From contig JAGVOW010000064.1 of assembly GCA_020052515.1 (NCBI GenBank), positions 3,862 to 67,861 on the forward strand: 64,000 nucleotides of DNA, read 5' to 3'. The position numbers and the translations under genes were made by a program. This document shows positions 17,090 to 26,274 of this stretch, piece after piece (position 1 is the first letter of the stretch; each line of letters begins with the position of its first letter). The DNA is from Brevinematales bacterium. GTDB lineage: Bacteria; Spirochaetota; Brevinematia; Brevinematales; JAOACQ01. The notes below the pieces were generated by a model. That model was not told where the DNA came from. It made no database searches and was given only the letters and a program-made list of their open reading frames with translations.

Positions 17090-17854
17090 ATGAAGCGCTT
17101 TACAAGCATTCTTTTGATTGTTATAACGGCTACTTTTCTCTACGCACAGGAAGAACCGAAAGCAGAACCTAAGCAGGAAAATCCGAAAGAAACTGTTTCT
17201 TCTTCCTCTGTTGAAAGCACATCCAAGGTAGAAATTACAGAACCAGAACCGCAAACAGCGAGTTCTGCTACCGTAAAGAAAGAATTGGTTCCGAAGGTTT
17301 CTGTACCTACGGTAATGGATGAAAACAGGCTTTTAAGCGCCATAGAGAACAATCCTAAAGAGCCGGATTATTATTACAAGCTTTTCAGGCTTTATTCTTC
17401 GCAGAATAAGCATAAAGAAAAATTGAAAATTGCTTTGAAAGCCATCCAAAACTTGGGTGGGAACGCCGAGCTTTACATAATAGTTGGGGATGAAAATAAA
17501 TTTCTAGGGGATTTCCAGAAAGCGATTATTGCCTATCAGTTTGCTTTGAGAATGAGGCCTTCTGATCCAAATATATACAATCGGGTAGGGCTTTCTTTGT
17601 TAAAAATTTCTAATTTCAATCAAGCGGAAGCTGCGTTTAAAGCAGCTCTTTTTTTCGGTTCAGAAGAAAGCAATCCGACTAAAGGCGTTTTTTATAACAA
17701 TTTAGCCGTTGCTTATGAAGCGATGCGGGATTTGAAAAATGCTTACAAGTATTTTCAGGTAGCTCTTAAATATTATCCTTCTTACACGACAGCTCAGGAT
17801 AATATAGCCAGAGTGCAAAAAAATCTTAAAGAAACGGGCATTAGTCTGGATTAA
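17090..17854 (+). CDS. TPR-repeat secreted protein
   Basis: Start moved to ATG 17090 (MKRFTSILLIVITATFLYAQEE, a signal peptide). The C-terminal half has TPR-like repeats (AIIAYQFALRMRPSDPNIYNRVG, AYKYFQVALKYYPSY). Confidence 0.75.
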   Translation: MKRFTSILLIVITATFLYAQEEPKAEPKQENPKETVSSSSVESTSKVEITEPEPQTASSATVKKELVPKVSVPTVMDENRLLSAIENNPKEPDYYYKLFRLYSSQNKHKEKLKIALKAIQNLGGNAELYIIVGDENKFLGDFQKAIIAYQFALRMRPSDPNIYNRVGLSLLKISNFNQAEAAFKAALFFGSEESNPTKGVFYNNLAVAYEAMRDLKNAYKYFQVALKYYPSYTTAQDNIARVQKNLKETGISLD

Positions 17855-18341
17855 AGCATAAAAATTGGCCAAAATGCCGAATGAATTGAAGAATAATATT
17901 AGTATAAATGCCTGCCATCAAATCATCTAAGACGATTCCCCAGCCGCCTTTTAGTTTTTGTAGATTCCAGATAGGGTAGGGTTTCCATATATCAAAAAAT
18001 CGGAATAAAATAAATCCAATCACCAAATATTTGAGGCTTTCCAGAGTGCCATTAAATTGAAAGGAAATCATCGCTATCAAAAATCCAGCAACTTCATCAA
18101 TGACTACCGCTTTGGGGTCTTTTGTTTCGAAAATGTGTTTTTCCGCGTACCCAGAAACCCAAACGCTACAAGCCGCGATAGCGATCAAAAGGCCGTAATA
18201 AACAAAGAAAGATTTACTCAAGAACACAAAAATAATCACACCCGCTATGGTTCCAAAAGTGCCGGGCATAAATGGAATGTAGCCTATGTAAAAGAAGGTT
18301 GCCAGCAATTCGGCTATTCTCCCATTAATTTTTTTATCCAT
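17841..18341 (-). CDS. pgpA: Phosphatidylglycerophosphatase A
   Basis: Motifs GTFGTIAGV, VIDEVAG and FRFFDIWKPYPI. About 166 aa with the typical membrane layout. Confidence 0.85.
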   Translation of the reverse strand: MDKKINGRIAELLATFFYIGYIPFMPGTFGTIAGVIIFVFLSKSFFVYYGLLIAIAACSVWVSGYAEKHIFETKDPKAVVIDEVAGFLIAMISFQFNGTLESLKYLVIGFILFRFFDIWKPYPIWNLQKLKGGWGIVLDDLMAGIYTNIILQFIRHFGQFLCFNPD

Positions 18342-18969
18342 TATTTATTTCCTTCTTTTTAAAATTAAAATAGTATTCGAAAGCAGTATAAATAGTAAAA
18401 ACAACAGTGACAATGGTTAAAACCAGCGGCAGATAAATGATCCAGAAAAAGCGTTCTGGAGCCACAGTTTTCCAGATATCTGAGTAAGAAACGCTTTTAA
18501 TGTGAGAAATGTTTCCGATCAAATTGGTAACAAACATATAAATTAGAATAAACGCGGCGGCTGACATTTGAAAAGTTGTTTTTGCTTTTGCCGCGAAAGA
18601 AGTCTTAAAGTTTTTTTTCTTTTTTCTGGAATAGGCCCTCAGCAAAGTTATAAACAGATCTCTTAAATAGATAAAAACAATCAGCCACAAAGGTATAAAA
18701 AGGTCGTTTTGAAAGCTGAAAGCCGTAAAAACACTCCAGATTAAAAATTTATCGGCCAAAGGATCCAGAAACGCGCCGAATTCTGAAACCTGATTTAATT
18801 TTCTGGCTAACATGCCGTCAAAAGCGTCCGTTATTGAAGAAATCGCAAATAAGATCAAAGCAATGGAAATATTGATCAGAGAATTCTGCACAATGAAATA
18901 GATAACAAAAGGTATAAAACACACCCGGATAATGGATAATAAGTTTGGAATCGTAAACGTAAATTTCAT
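18334..18969 (-). CDS. pgsA: CDP-diacylglycerol--glycerol-3-phosphate 3-phosphatidyltransferase (CDP-alcohol phosphatidyltransferase family)
   Basis: CDP-alcohol phosphatidyltransferase motif DAFDGMLARKLNQVSEFGAFLDPLADK. The gene overlaps both neighbours by a few nt. Confidence 0.85.
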   Translation of the reverse strand: MKFTFTIPNLLSIIRVCFIPFVIYFIVQNSLINISIALILFAISSITDAFDGMLARKLNQVSEFGAFLDPLADKFLIWSVFTAFSFQNDLFIPLWLIVFIYLRDLFITLLRAYSRKKKKNFKTSFAAKAKTTFQMSAAAFILIYMFVTNLIGNISHIKSVSYSDIWKTVAPERFFWIIYLPLVLTIVTVVFTIYTAFEYYFNFKKKEINNG

Positions 18970-20300
18970 AAAACCTCTACACCGCCTAAATTGTGATGAT
19001 CGATCACTTCTGTTATCTTTATCTTAACAAAATCTATATTGTCTGGATCCAGATTGTCCGGCTTTTTTACCATAACCACACCATCTACTTCCGGTGCATC
19101 GTACTCACTTCTGAAAACCAGGTATTCTTTCGATTTTTTTTCTTCTATGATGCCTTCATAAATGCAGATTATTTCTTTACCTATCATTTTTTTTAAGTTA
19201 TTTTCAGAAATGGTTTCCTGAATGGCCGACAATTCTTTTATTCTTTTACGCAAAACCCTTTTACCAATGTTTTTTGTTAATGAGTAAGATTCTGTGCCTT
19301 CCTCTCTTGAGTATTCGAAGAAACCGACGCGGTCCAATCTGGCTTTTTTGAGGAAAGTTTTTAAATCTTGCTGTTCATCTTCTGTTTCTCCCGAAAATCC
19401 AATTATAAAGGAACTTCGTATTTTAATTTCAGGAATTTCTTTACGGATTCTTTCAATGAGAGAAAGATAATATTCCGGATCTCCCGGCCTCTTCATTGAT
19501 TTTAGGAGAGAAGCGCTGACGTGTTGAAGAGGCATATCTAAATAACGGCAGATAGAAGGATTTTCTTTTATAAAATATACCAGATTCAACAACTCTTCAT
19601 CTGGAAAAAGGTAGAGAATTCGAATCCAGTCAAATTTTAGTTTAAGCAGCTCTTTTAACAAAGGAATCAGGCTTTTCTTTTGATAAAGATCCAGCCCATA
19701 AGAAATAGTGTCTTCCGAGATAATAATTAATTCTTTTACTCCCTGGTCCTTTAAAAAGGCGGCTTCTTTAGCTATAGATTCTATAGGGCGGCTTCTCTGT
19801 TTTCCACGGATTAAAGGTATAGCGCAAAACGTGCAGTTTCTATTGCAGCCTTCAGCTATTTTTAGATAAGCGAAATGATAACCAGAAAAAACAAGGCTTC
19901 TTTCATCGGTAAAGTGAGCGTCTTTAAATTCGCCACCGTCTAAAAGATTTTTGGAAGGATGGTCAAAAGCATCAATAATTTTTGTTAAATCACGTGCACC
20001 AATCGCGCTGTCTATCTCCGGAAAATTCGCTAAGAGCTCTTTGCGGTAACGCTCTGTCAGACATCCTGAAAGGATAATCTTTAAAGACGGCTTTTCTTTT
20101 TTTAATCCTATATAATTAAGGATAACGTCAATGCTTTCTTTCTTAGCCGCTTCTATAAAGCCGCAAGTATTAATAACAATAGCTTCCGCTTCTTCAGGGA
20201 GAGATACAAAAGAATGGGACTCTTTCTGCAGAAAATAATGCATTCTCTCTGCGTCTACCAATGCTTTTGGGCATCCCAGCGCATCAAAAAAAATCTTCAT
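18966..20300 (-). CDS. rimO: Radical-SAM methylthiotransferase, RimO-like (MiaB family)
   Basis: N-terminal LGCPKALVDAE and NTCGFI cysteines. Radical SAM motif CNRNCTFC. A C-terminal TRAM-like domain is present. Confidence 0.8.
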   Translation of the reverse strand: MKIFFDALGCPKALVDAERMHYFLQKESHSFVSLPEEAEAIVINTCGFIEAAKKESIDVILNYIGLKKEKPSLKIILSGCLTERYRKELLANFPEIDSAIGARDLTKIIDAFDHPSKNLLDGGEFKDAHFTDERSLVFSGYHFAYLKIAEGCNRNCTFCAIPLIRGKQRSRPIESIAKEAAFLKDQGVKELIIISEDTISYGLDLYQKKSLIPLLKELLKLKFDWIRILYLFPDEELLNLVYFIKENPSICRYLDMPLQHVSASLLKSMKRPGDPEYYLSLIERIRKEIPEIKIRSSFIIGFSGETEDEQQDLKTFLKKARLDRVGFFEYSREEGTESYSLTKNIGKRVLRKRIKELSAIQETISENNLKKMIGKEIICIYEGIIEEKKSKEYLVFRSEYDAPEVDGVVMVKKPDNLDPDNIDFVKIKITEVIDHHNLGGVEVL

Positions 20301-20315
20301 TATAAAATATTTACC

Positions 20316-21404
20316 TCATTTCAATATCGCCCTGACCAGCGCAAATTGATTGTTTTTGCTTTTCCAGTAGAAAATAGATTTGCTGATTTCCCCCCATCCG
20401 CCGCCGGCTTCCTCTTTATTGCCTACGGCAATTTTTGCCGCGCCGCTGTTACCAAGGTATAAAACCAAAGAGTTGTTAAAAGAAATATTGAATGTAGAGG
20501 CATTATTGATAACCATGCTTTTTTCTTCTTTATTATCCGGCTGAAAAGAGAGCCAGCCATAACCTAATCCTGTAATTTTCATTTCTACTAAAGATTTTGT
20601 AGGAGCATTTAACAATTCTGTCTCGGAAAGAATGTATTCTTTGTATTTGTTATAAATATCATCTGTTGAATAAGAATTTGTAGATGAGGCTTCTGGATTT
20701 TCTCTCAAAATGGTAATAGATATCCGAATATCTTTTTCTTTCGCATTAAAAAGCTCGACACTTAAGTCATTTGTTCCATTATTGTCAACATCCATTGCGG
20801 CTAGTTCATTGTTTTTTAATACATAATCGGCTGAATTTATTTTTGCGTTCACAGATTTTCCTTCGCCCATTGAGATAAGCTTTATAGTTGTAAGGTAGTT
20901 TGAATTGGATATATTAATTGTATCGCCGATCTTGAATTTTTGAACAGAGACCTTTCCAGCGTCTTCACCAGTATAATTATAAACTTTTGGGGCGGCATTT
21001 TCTTTGTCGCTTTTTTCCGATACGCTTCGCATAATAATAGAAACAATCAGTATGATAAAAACAGCCGAAGCAACAACACCAATCATAAAAATGGAATTTG
21101 TATTTAAAGAAACATGATTGGTTTTTCCGACCAGCTGTTCAATAGGAGCATCCTGTTCAATTTTAATCTGCCTTTTATAGAGGGATAGGGCGAATTCTTT
21201 ATCTAACTCCAATGCTTCAGCATAATTAGATATGAACCCAATCGCGTAAGTATCGCCAGGAAAAACATCAAATTGATCCGTTTCTATAGCTTCCAGGTAC
21301 CTTTTTGGAATATTTGTATCTCTCACAATTTCATCCATTGAAATCTCTTTTTCTTTTCTGGATTCCCGAAAAAATTCTCCCACGGTTTGTTTTTCCATTT
21401 TCAT
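20316..21404 (-). CDS. rodZ: RodZ-like cytoskeleton protein (HTH, TM helix, C-terminal beta domain)
   Basis: N-terminal HTH region GEFFRESRKEKEISMDEIVRDTNIPKRYLEAIE, a single TM helix near residue 105-125, and a RodZ-type C-terminal domain. Confidence 0.72.
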   Translation of the reverse strand: MKMEKQTVGEFFRESRKEKEISMDEIVRDTNIPKRYLEAIETDQFDVFPGDTYAIGFISNYAEALELDKEFALSLYKRQIKIEQDAPIEQLVGKTNHVSLNTNSIFMIGVVASAVFIILIVSIIMRSVSEKSDKENAAPKVYNYTGEDAGKVSVQKFKIGDTINISNSNYLTTIKLISMGEGKSVNAKINSADYVLKNNELAAMDVDNNGTNDLSVELFNAKEKDIRISITILRENPEASSTNSYSTDDIYNKYKEYILSETELLNAPTKSLVEMKITGLGYGWLSFQPDNKEEKSMVINNASTFNISFNNSLVLYLGNSGAAKIAVGNKEEAGGGWGEISKSIFYWKSKNNQFALVRAILK

Positions 21405-21505
21405 AAATCCATTGCTCCTTCTGGTAAAAATTACAGAGTATATTATAAAGAGATAGTGTAACTTTTTTCAAATTTAGAGCGGATAAATTTTTCTTTATTT
21501 AACGC

Positions 21506-21534
21506 TTGATTTTTTTTCTATTTATTTTTACAAT
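21506..21534 (+). promoter_or_regulatory. Candidate sigma70-type promoter, TTGATT-17 nt-TACAAT
   Basis: TTGATT at 21506-21511 and TACAAT at 21529-21534. An AGGAG RBS and ATG 21569 lie downstream. Confidence 0.4.
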
Positions 21535-21568
21535 ATAAGCTCTTAAAATAGTTTGGCAGGAGTATAAG

Positions 21569-22009
21569 ATGGCGGTTTTACGTAGCTTCTTTGTTTTCTT
21601 TGTGCTTCTTTTCGTCTTGATGGTTGCGGCATGCTCTGGAAAAAAGGAGAATGTGTCATCTTCAAGCAGTTCTCTCTCCGGCCCCGGTTATTCAAAACCA
21701 GGTATCGTTAAAATGAATAAAGGAGAAAAGGTAATTTTGAATAGCCCGGATAAATTTATCCAGATTTTTGTATGGTTAAATTATGAACAAAAAGTTTGGA
21801 CTGATGAAATAGGGGCTAACACGAACGAGTCAACTTCTGAAGAAACTTTTTCAAAGGAAATGGATAAAAGAAGGGCTTCTTTTTTTAAGAGTTTGTCTTT
21901 GGGTGAAAATGAGTTTATAGAATACAGTATTAACCATAACAAAGAAATAGAATCTTTCCTGGAGAAGAATTCCGAATATAAAAAGGCTTATGAAGATTCA
22001 TTGAAATAA
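21569..22009 (+). CDS. Small lipoprotein of unknown function
   Basis: Signal peptide with lipobox VAA-C followed by a Ser-rich linker. Confidence 0.6.
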   Translation: MAVLRSFFVFFVLLFVLMVAACSGKKENVSSSSSSLSGPGYSKPGIVKMNKGEKVILNSPDKFIQIFVWLNYEQKVWTDEIGANTNESTSEETFSKEMDKRRASFFKSLSLGENEFIEYSINHNKEIESFLEKNSEYKKAYEDSLK

Positions 22010-22012
22010 CTT

Positions 22013-22960
22013 ATGAAAAAATTATTTTTTTCATTGCTGTTTTTGTTCTTTTCTGTTTCTCTTAATTATGGAATCCATTTCTCTTCTTATGAAATTGTTT
22101 CTTTAAAGGTAGAAAATATCACCGATTCTAATATGATCGTCGCTGTGTTTACAAATTCTTTCCTTTCTTCTTTAAAAAAAAAGAATTTCATCTTATTTGA
22201 AAGAGACACCGATCTTCTGGAATCTCAAAATCCAGATTATCTTATTGCTTTAAACATTGTTTTTTCTGAAGAAAAATTTATTACCGTTGCAGAGGTTTCA
22301 AAATCTTTAGATAACACTAAAGTGTGGAAAGATCAGGTCTACACGTATGACCTTTTAGGAAGGGAGGGGCTGCGTGATTGTTCCGCCGTGCTGGCTGATC
22401 GTATTGCTAGAAAAATTTTAGGCAAACCGGTTATGGATTATTCTGAAAGAATGGATTATAAAAAAAAACGCAGTAAAGAAACAAAAAATTCGCCTCAATC
22501 TATTGAAATTATGAATTTTATTAATATTCTGATGAGGTATCCAGATGGATTTTGGTTTGATTTTCCATTGGCTTTCGGTATTGAGGTTATGGAATTTCAA
22601 TATTATTGGCTGATTCCTAATTCGCCCTTTGGCGCTGGATTGGGAACCAAAGTGGTTTCGATCAAGGACGCGGCCGCTTTGTCTATTCTTCCACTTTGTG
22701 TTTCTTTTCCTCTTTTTATCTATCCGGATGAATATTTGTATAATCGGAAAGATCTGTATGCCTTTTTTGAAGCAGGTTTTTTAATTCCCCAATTCAGTTA
22801 TATAGACCTTGGCTTGAAACTACGCCTCAATGGAATATCCATTACATTTGGATGGCTTCATAAGCCTCTTTTTCAGAGCGATTCTTTTCTACGAAGCGAA
22901 GATTCCACATTCTATGGTGAATTGGCGATCAGTTTTGGAAACTATAAAGTAAGTTGGTAA
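22013..22960 (+). CDS. Envelope protein with an N-terminal LpoB/CsgG-like module and a C-terminal hydrophobic or beta-barrel part
   Basis: Signal peptide. The N-domain pattern is EIVSLKVENITDSNMIVAVFTNSFLSSL...DYLIALNIVF. The C-terminus ends ...GNYKVSW (terminal aromatic). Confidence 0.55.
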   Translation: MKKLFFSLLFLFFSVSLNYGIHFSSYEIVSLKVENITDSNMIVAVFTNSFLSSLKKKNFILFERDTDLLESQNPDYLIALNIVFSEEKFITVAEVSKSLDNTKVWKDQVYTYDLLGREGLRDCSAVLADRIARKILGKPVMDYSERMDYKKKRSKETKNSPQSIEIMNFINILMRYPDGFWFDFPLAFGIEVMEFQYYWLIPNSPFGAGLGTKVVSIKDAAALSILPLCVSFPLFIYPDEYLYNRKDLYAFFEAGFLIPQFSYIDLGLKLRLNGISITFGWLHKPLFQSDSFLRSEDSTFYGELAISFGNYKVSW

Positions 22961-23048
22961 TACTTAAAACAATGTAAGTTCTAACTTTAGCTTGTGCTTT
23001 TTTAAGTTTTTCCGATAAAATTAATAAGGGAAGGTTTGATATACCCCC

Positions 23049-23069
23049 TAACCCCCTTTAAGGGGGTTA
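23049..23069. repeat. GC-clamp hairpin TAACCCCCTTTAAGGGGGTTA (family A-related variant)
   Basis: Stem TAACCCCC with GGGGGTTA and an A/T loop, preceded by a second CCCCC run as in family A. It lies 14 nt upstream of ATG 23083 and about 90 nt after the upstream stop. Confidence 0.6.
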
Positions 23070-23082
23070 ATAGGAGAAGGCT

Positions 23083-24564
23083 ATGTGGAAATATGGGTTT
23101 ATTCTATTCGGAATGTTTTTATTTTGCGGTTTATCTTACTCTCAAGAAGTCGCGGGGCTTCTAAAATGGGCTTTCTCTGCAAAAGGCATTGTGGCTTCCA
23201 GCGCCTGTGCAGGATACGGCAGGGTTTATTTTGGAAGCGGCGAGGATATCTTTTATTGCTTAGACGCTACAAATGGAAAATTGTTGTGGTCTTTTCAGAC
23301 AGGAAATCCAAGCAATAATTTTCTCAGTAATCCATTGTTAAAAGACGGAAAAATCTATTTTGGAAGTTATTCGGACAAAAAATTCTATTGTTTAGATGCC
23401 TTTTCCGGCGAAAGTATCTGGGAATTTCAATGCAAAGGGGAAATTGAAAGCAGTGCCAGAATAAACGATGGCAAAATTTATTTTGGAAGCTGGGATAATA
23501 AAATTTATTGCTTAAATGTTTCAAACGGAGAAAAAATTTGGGATTTTAAGGCAGACGCAGCTGTCCGTTCCAGCCCATTTATTATCAATGGAAAGGTTTG
23601 TTTTGGAAGTTTTGGCCGCAAATTTTATTGCCTGGATGCTCTGAGTGGAGATAAAATCTGGGAGTTTCAAACAGAGGGGCAGAATTACGCAAGTCCTATC
23701 GGAGATGGAGAAAGAATTTATTTTGGAAGCAAAGATAAGCAATTTTATTGCCTGGACGCTATTGCGGGAAAGAAATTATGGTCTTATAAAAGCGGGGATA
23801 TCATTGTTTCGAGCGCTTTTTTGCTGGACGGCAGGGTTTATTTCGGCGCTTATGATGATAAGATGACTTGCTTAGACGCGTTGAGCGGCTCAAACATCTG
23901 GGAATTTCAAACAGGGGGCGATATTGATTCTTCACCTTCTGTTGTGGATGGCAAAATTTATTTTGGAAGTTATGATAAAAAATTTTATGCGATAGACGCT
24001 GTAAGCGGAGAGAAAATCTGGGATTTTGAAATGGAAAATATTGTTGAATCCAGTCCTTGTGTAGTGAATGGGCTGGTTTATTTCGGGGGAGATGATGAAC
24101 AATTCTATTGTATAGATTCTGGAAATCCGGATGCGACTGCTGGAAATTCTTTAAGCGGGCAGGATTATTCTCTGTTGAAATTGGAAGAGGCGGCAAAAAA
24201 CTCTATTGCTTTAGAAACAGAAAATACGGTTTCTGTTACAAATCATATGACTAATTTTATTACGATTACAAATGTTGTCAAAGTGAAGCGGCAGGACAGA
24301 ATTCTTTTGACTCATAAAAGGCATTCTGTGTCACAATTAAGGCCTCATTATTCTATTCAAGTGGGAGCATTTTTAAAGGCGCGTAACGCAGTTCAGCTAT
24401 ATAGCAAGTTAAAAAGGATGGGTTACCCGGCCTATAAAAACAAGATGCATGGAAAGTCTTATATACGGGTGAGAGTTGGCAATTTTGTCTCTTATACGGA
24501 TGCATGGAAAAAGTGGAAAACTTTGGAGAGAAAAGGCATCACGGGCATTATTATTGAATTATAA
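23083..24564 (+). CDS. PQQ-like 8-bladed beta-propeller fused to a C-terminal SPOR domain
   Basis: Signal peptide. Eight repeats of about 40 aa follow the form G(K/R)(I/V)YFGS.D..FYCLDA.(S/T)G..(I/L)W.F. The period is also visible at the DNA level as recurring ATTTATTTTGGAAG. The C-terminus YSIQVGAFLKARNAVQLYSKLKRMGYPAY...RVRVGNF matches the SPOR pattern. Confidence 0.8.
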   Translation: MWKYGFILFGMFLFCGLSYSQEVAGLLKWAFSAKGIVASSACAGYGRVYFGSGEDIFYCLDATNGKLLWSFQTGNPSNNFLSNPLLKDGKIYFGSYSDKKFYCLDAFSGESIWEFQCKGEIESSARINDGKIYFGSWDNKIYCLNVSNGEKIWDFKADAAVRSSPFIINGKVCFGSFGRKFYCLDALSGDKIWEFQTEGQNYASPIGDGERIYFGSKDKQFYCLDAIAGKKLWSYKSGDIIVSSAFLLDGRVYFGAYDDKMTCLDALSGSNIWEFQTGGDIDSSPSVVDGKIYFGSYDKKFYAIDAVSGEKIWDFEMENIVESSPCVVNGLVYFGGDDEQFYCIDSGNPDATAGNSLSGQDYSLLKLEEAAKNSIALETENTVSVTNHMTNFITITNVVKVKRQDRILLTHKRHSVSQLRPHYSIQVGAFLKARNAVQLYSKLKRMGYPAYKNKMHGKSYIRVRVGNFVSYTDAWKKWKTLERKGITGIIIEL

Positions 24565-24642
24565 TGAAGTAGTTTGCGTTTTTTGGGGCATGAGTTTAAA
24601 ATAATGGCGGTTTAAAAAGGATATTTCGAGGTTGATGAAGAG

Positions 24643-26259
24643 ATGAATTATCAAGTAACCGCCCGGAAATGGAGGCCCCAAACTTTTAGCAGCATTATTG
24701 GACAGGAAAATTTAGTCCGCGCTATTCAAAACGCCCTTTCTTCGGGCAAAATTCCCCATGCTTTTTTGTTTTCAGGAGTGAGAGGAGTAGGGAAAACCAC
24801 TACTGCCCGCGTTATTGCCAAAGCCTTAAATTGTAAAACCCCTAAGGGCCTTGAACCCTGTAATGAATGTTCTTCCTGCACCGCTATCACGGGCGGGAAT
24901 TCTCTGGATGTCATTGAAATTGACGGCGCGTCTAATCGCGGCATCGATAATATCCGTGAAATCAAAGATAATGTTTCATTTATGCCACTTTCCGGTAAAT
25001 ACAAGGTTTATATTATTGATGAAGTGCACATGCTCACCACAGAAGCCTCAAACGCGCTTTTAAAGACCCTGGAAGAACCTCCAGAGCACGTTGTGTTTAT
25101 TCTGGCTACCACGGAAGCGTATAAAGTTCTATCGACTATAAAATCCAGATGCCAGCATTATCTTTTTAAGAAGATTCCGATTAAAACAATTGTGACCCAG
25201 TTGAAAAACATCTGTGACAGCGATCACATCAGCTATACAGAGGAAGGTTTGTACTTGATAGCCAATGCCGCTGACGGTTCGCTCCGGGACGCGGAAAGCC
25301 TTTTTGACCAGGTATTTCTTTATTCAGACGGTAATATTAATGAGGAAAGCGCTTCGGAGTTGATTGGAATCCCGGATAAGAGTTATTTTATAAGGATGAT
25401 AGATTCTATTTTAAAAAAGGACGCGGTTCTTCTTTTAAGGACACTAAATGAATATTTGGACCAGATCGGCGATATTAAAATTTTTGTAAAGACATTTATC
25501 CATTTTTTGAAAGAAGGCCTGCTGGTAAAGAGTCTGGAACCGGAGAGCGATTTGCTCGATTTTTCGACAGCGCAGTACCATCAGATGAAGTCTTTGTTTG
25601 AACCATTCAGCCCGGAAGAGTTAGTAAAACTGATGAGTTTGTTTATTGATCTGTTTAAAGATTTGAAAGGGGAAAGCCAGGAGAGATTTTTATTGGAGAT
25701 TACGCTTTTCAAGGCTTTAGACTATCAGAATATCATACCTTTAAGCGAATTAAGAAACGAAATGCTGTCTTTTCTTAAGAAGAATGAGAAGCCTTCTCCT
25801 CAGGTAGCGCCGACGGAAAAACCTATTTCTGTCTATAAGATTCCAGTGGAAGAAAAAAAAGAACAAGCCGGTCCGGTAGAGGCGGTCAATCAAAATCTTT
25901 CGCCAGTATCGGAATCTGAAGCGAAAAACACTTTAATCAGTGTATTGTCTGAAAGCATGCTGATGAAGCCGATGATTTCTTCTATTAAAGAAATGCGGTT
26001 TTCAGAGAATCGGCTTACAGTTGAGATAGATTCTTCTCATACTTTTGAGTATTTGAATCAACATAAATCAGAGCTGCAGAACAAGGTATCAAATTACCTC
26101 AAAAGGAATATTTCGATTCATTTTGATTTAGGCGCTGAAAAACAAGAGCTTCAGAAATCTGTTTTTACTGAAAAAATAGCTTTGCAGCCTGAAAAGCCAA
26201 AGGCGGTGCCCGAAATGGCAGACGCGGTTATCAATTTGTTTGATGGAAAAATAGAATAA
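24643..26259 (+). CDS. dnaX: DNA polymerase III subunit gamma/tau
   Basis: Motifs ARKWRPQTF, Walker A GVRGVGKTTTARVIAKALNC, a Zn module CNECSSC, DEVHML and SRCQ. Confidence 0.95.
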   Translation: MNYQVTARKWRPQTFSSIIGQENLVRAIQNALSSGKIPHAFLFSGVRGVGKTTTARVIAKALNCKTPKGLEPCNECSSCTAITGGNSLDVIEIDGASNRGIDNIREIKDNVSFMPLSGKYKVYIIDEVHMLTTEASNALLKTLEEPPEHVVFILATTEAYKVLSTIKSRCQHYLFKKIPIKTIVTQLKNICDSDHISYTEEGLYLIANAADGSLRDAESLFDQVFLYSDGNINEESASELIGIPDKSYFIRMIDSILKKDAVLLLRTLNEYLDQIGDIKIFVKTFIHFLKEGLLVKSLEPESDLLDFSTAQYHQMKSLFEPFSPEELVKLMSLFIDLFKDLKGESQERFLLEITLFKALDYQNIIPLSELRNEMLSFLKKNEKPSPQVAPTEKPISVYKIPVEEKKEQAGPVEAVNQNLSPVSESEAKNTLISVLSESMLMKPMISSIKEMRFSENRLTVEIDSSHTFEYLNQHKSELQNKVSNYLKRNISIHFDLGAEKQELQKSVFTEKIALQPEKPKAVPEMADAVINLFDGKIE

Positions 26260-26274
26260 AGGGAGGGCCATTTT

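Noticed and set aside
16891-17172. A 93-aa plus-strand ORF that covers the intergenic region and the start of the TPR gene
   Set aside because: It has no RBS. It runs through the family C repeat and an AT-rich promoter region, and it overlaps the better-supported signal-peptide start at 17090 in another frame.
23324-24196. Several minus-strand ORFs (66-131 aa) inside the PQQ-propeller gene
   Set aside because: They arise from the 120-nt periodic repeat read in antisense and have repetitive, Arg/Pro/Phe-rich translations. The plus-strand reading gives eight clean propeller blades.
24565-24642. An SRP (4.5S/scRNA) gene, which often lies immediately upstream of dnaX
   Set aside because: The 78-nt spacer lacks the conserved SRP domain IV motifs (no GGAAGCAG-type or GNAR-loop helix 8 sequence) and is too short. 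No other intergenic region showed tRNA, tmRNA, RNase P or SRP-like features.
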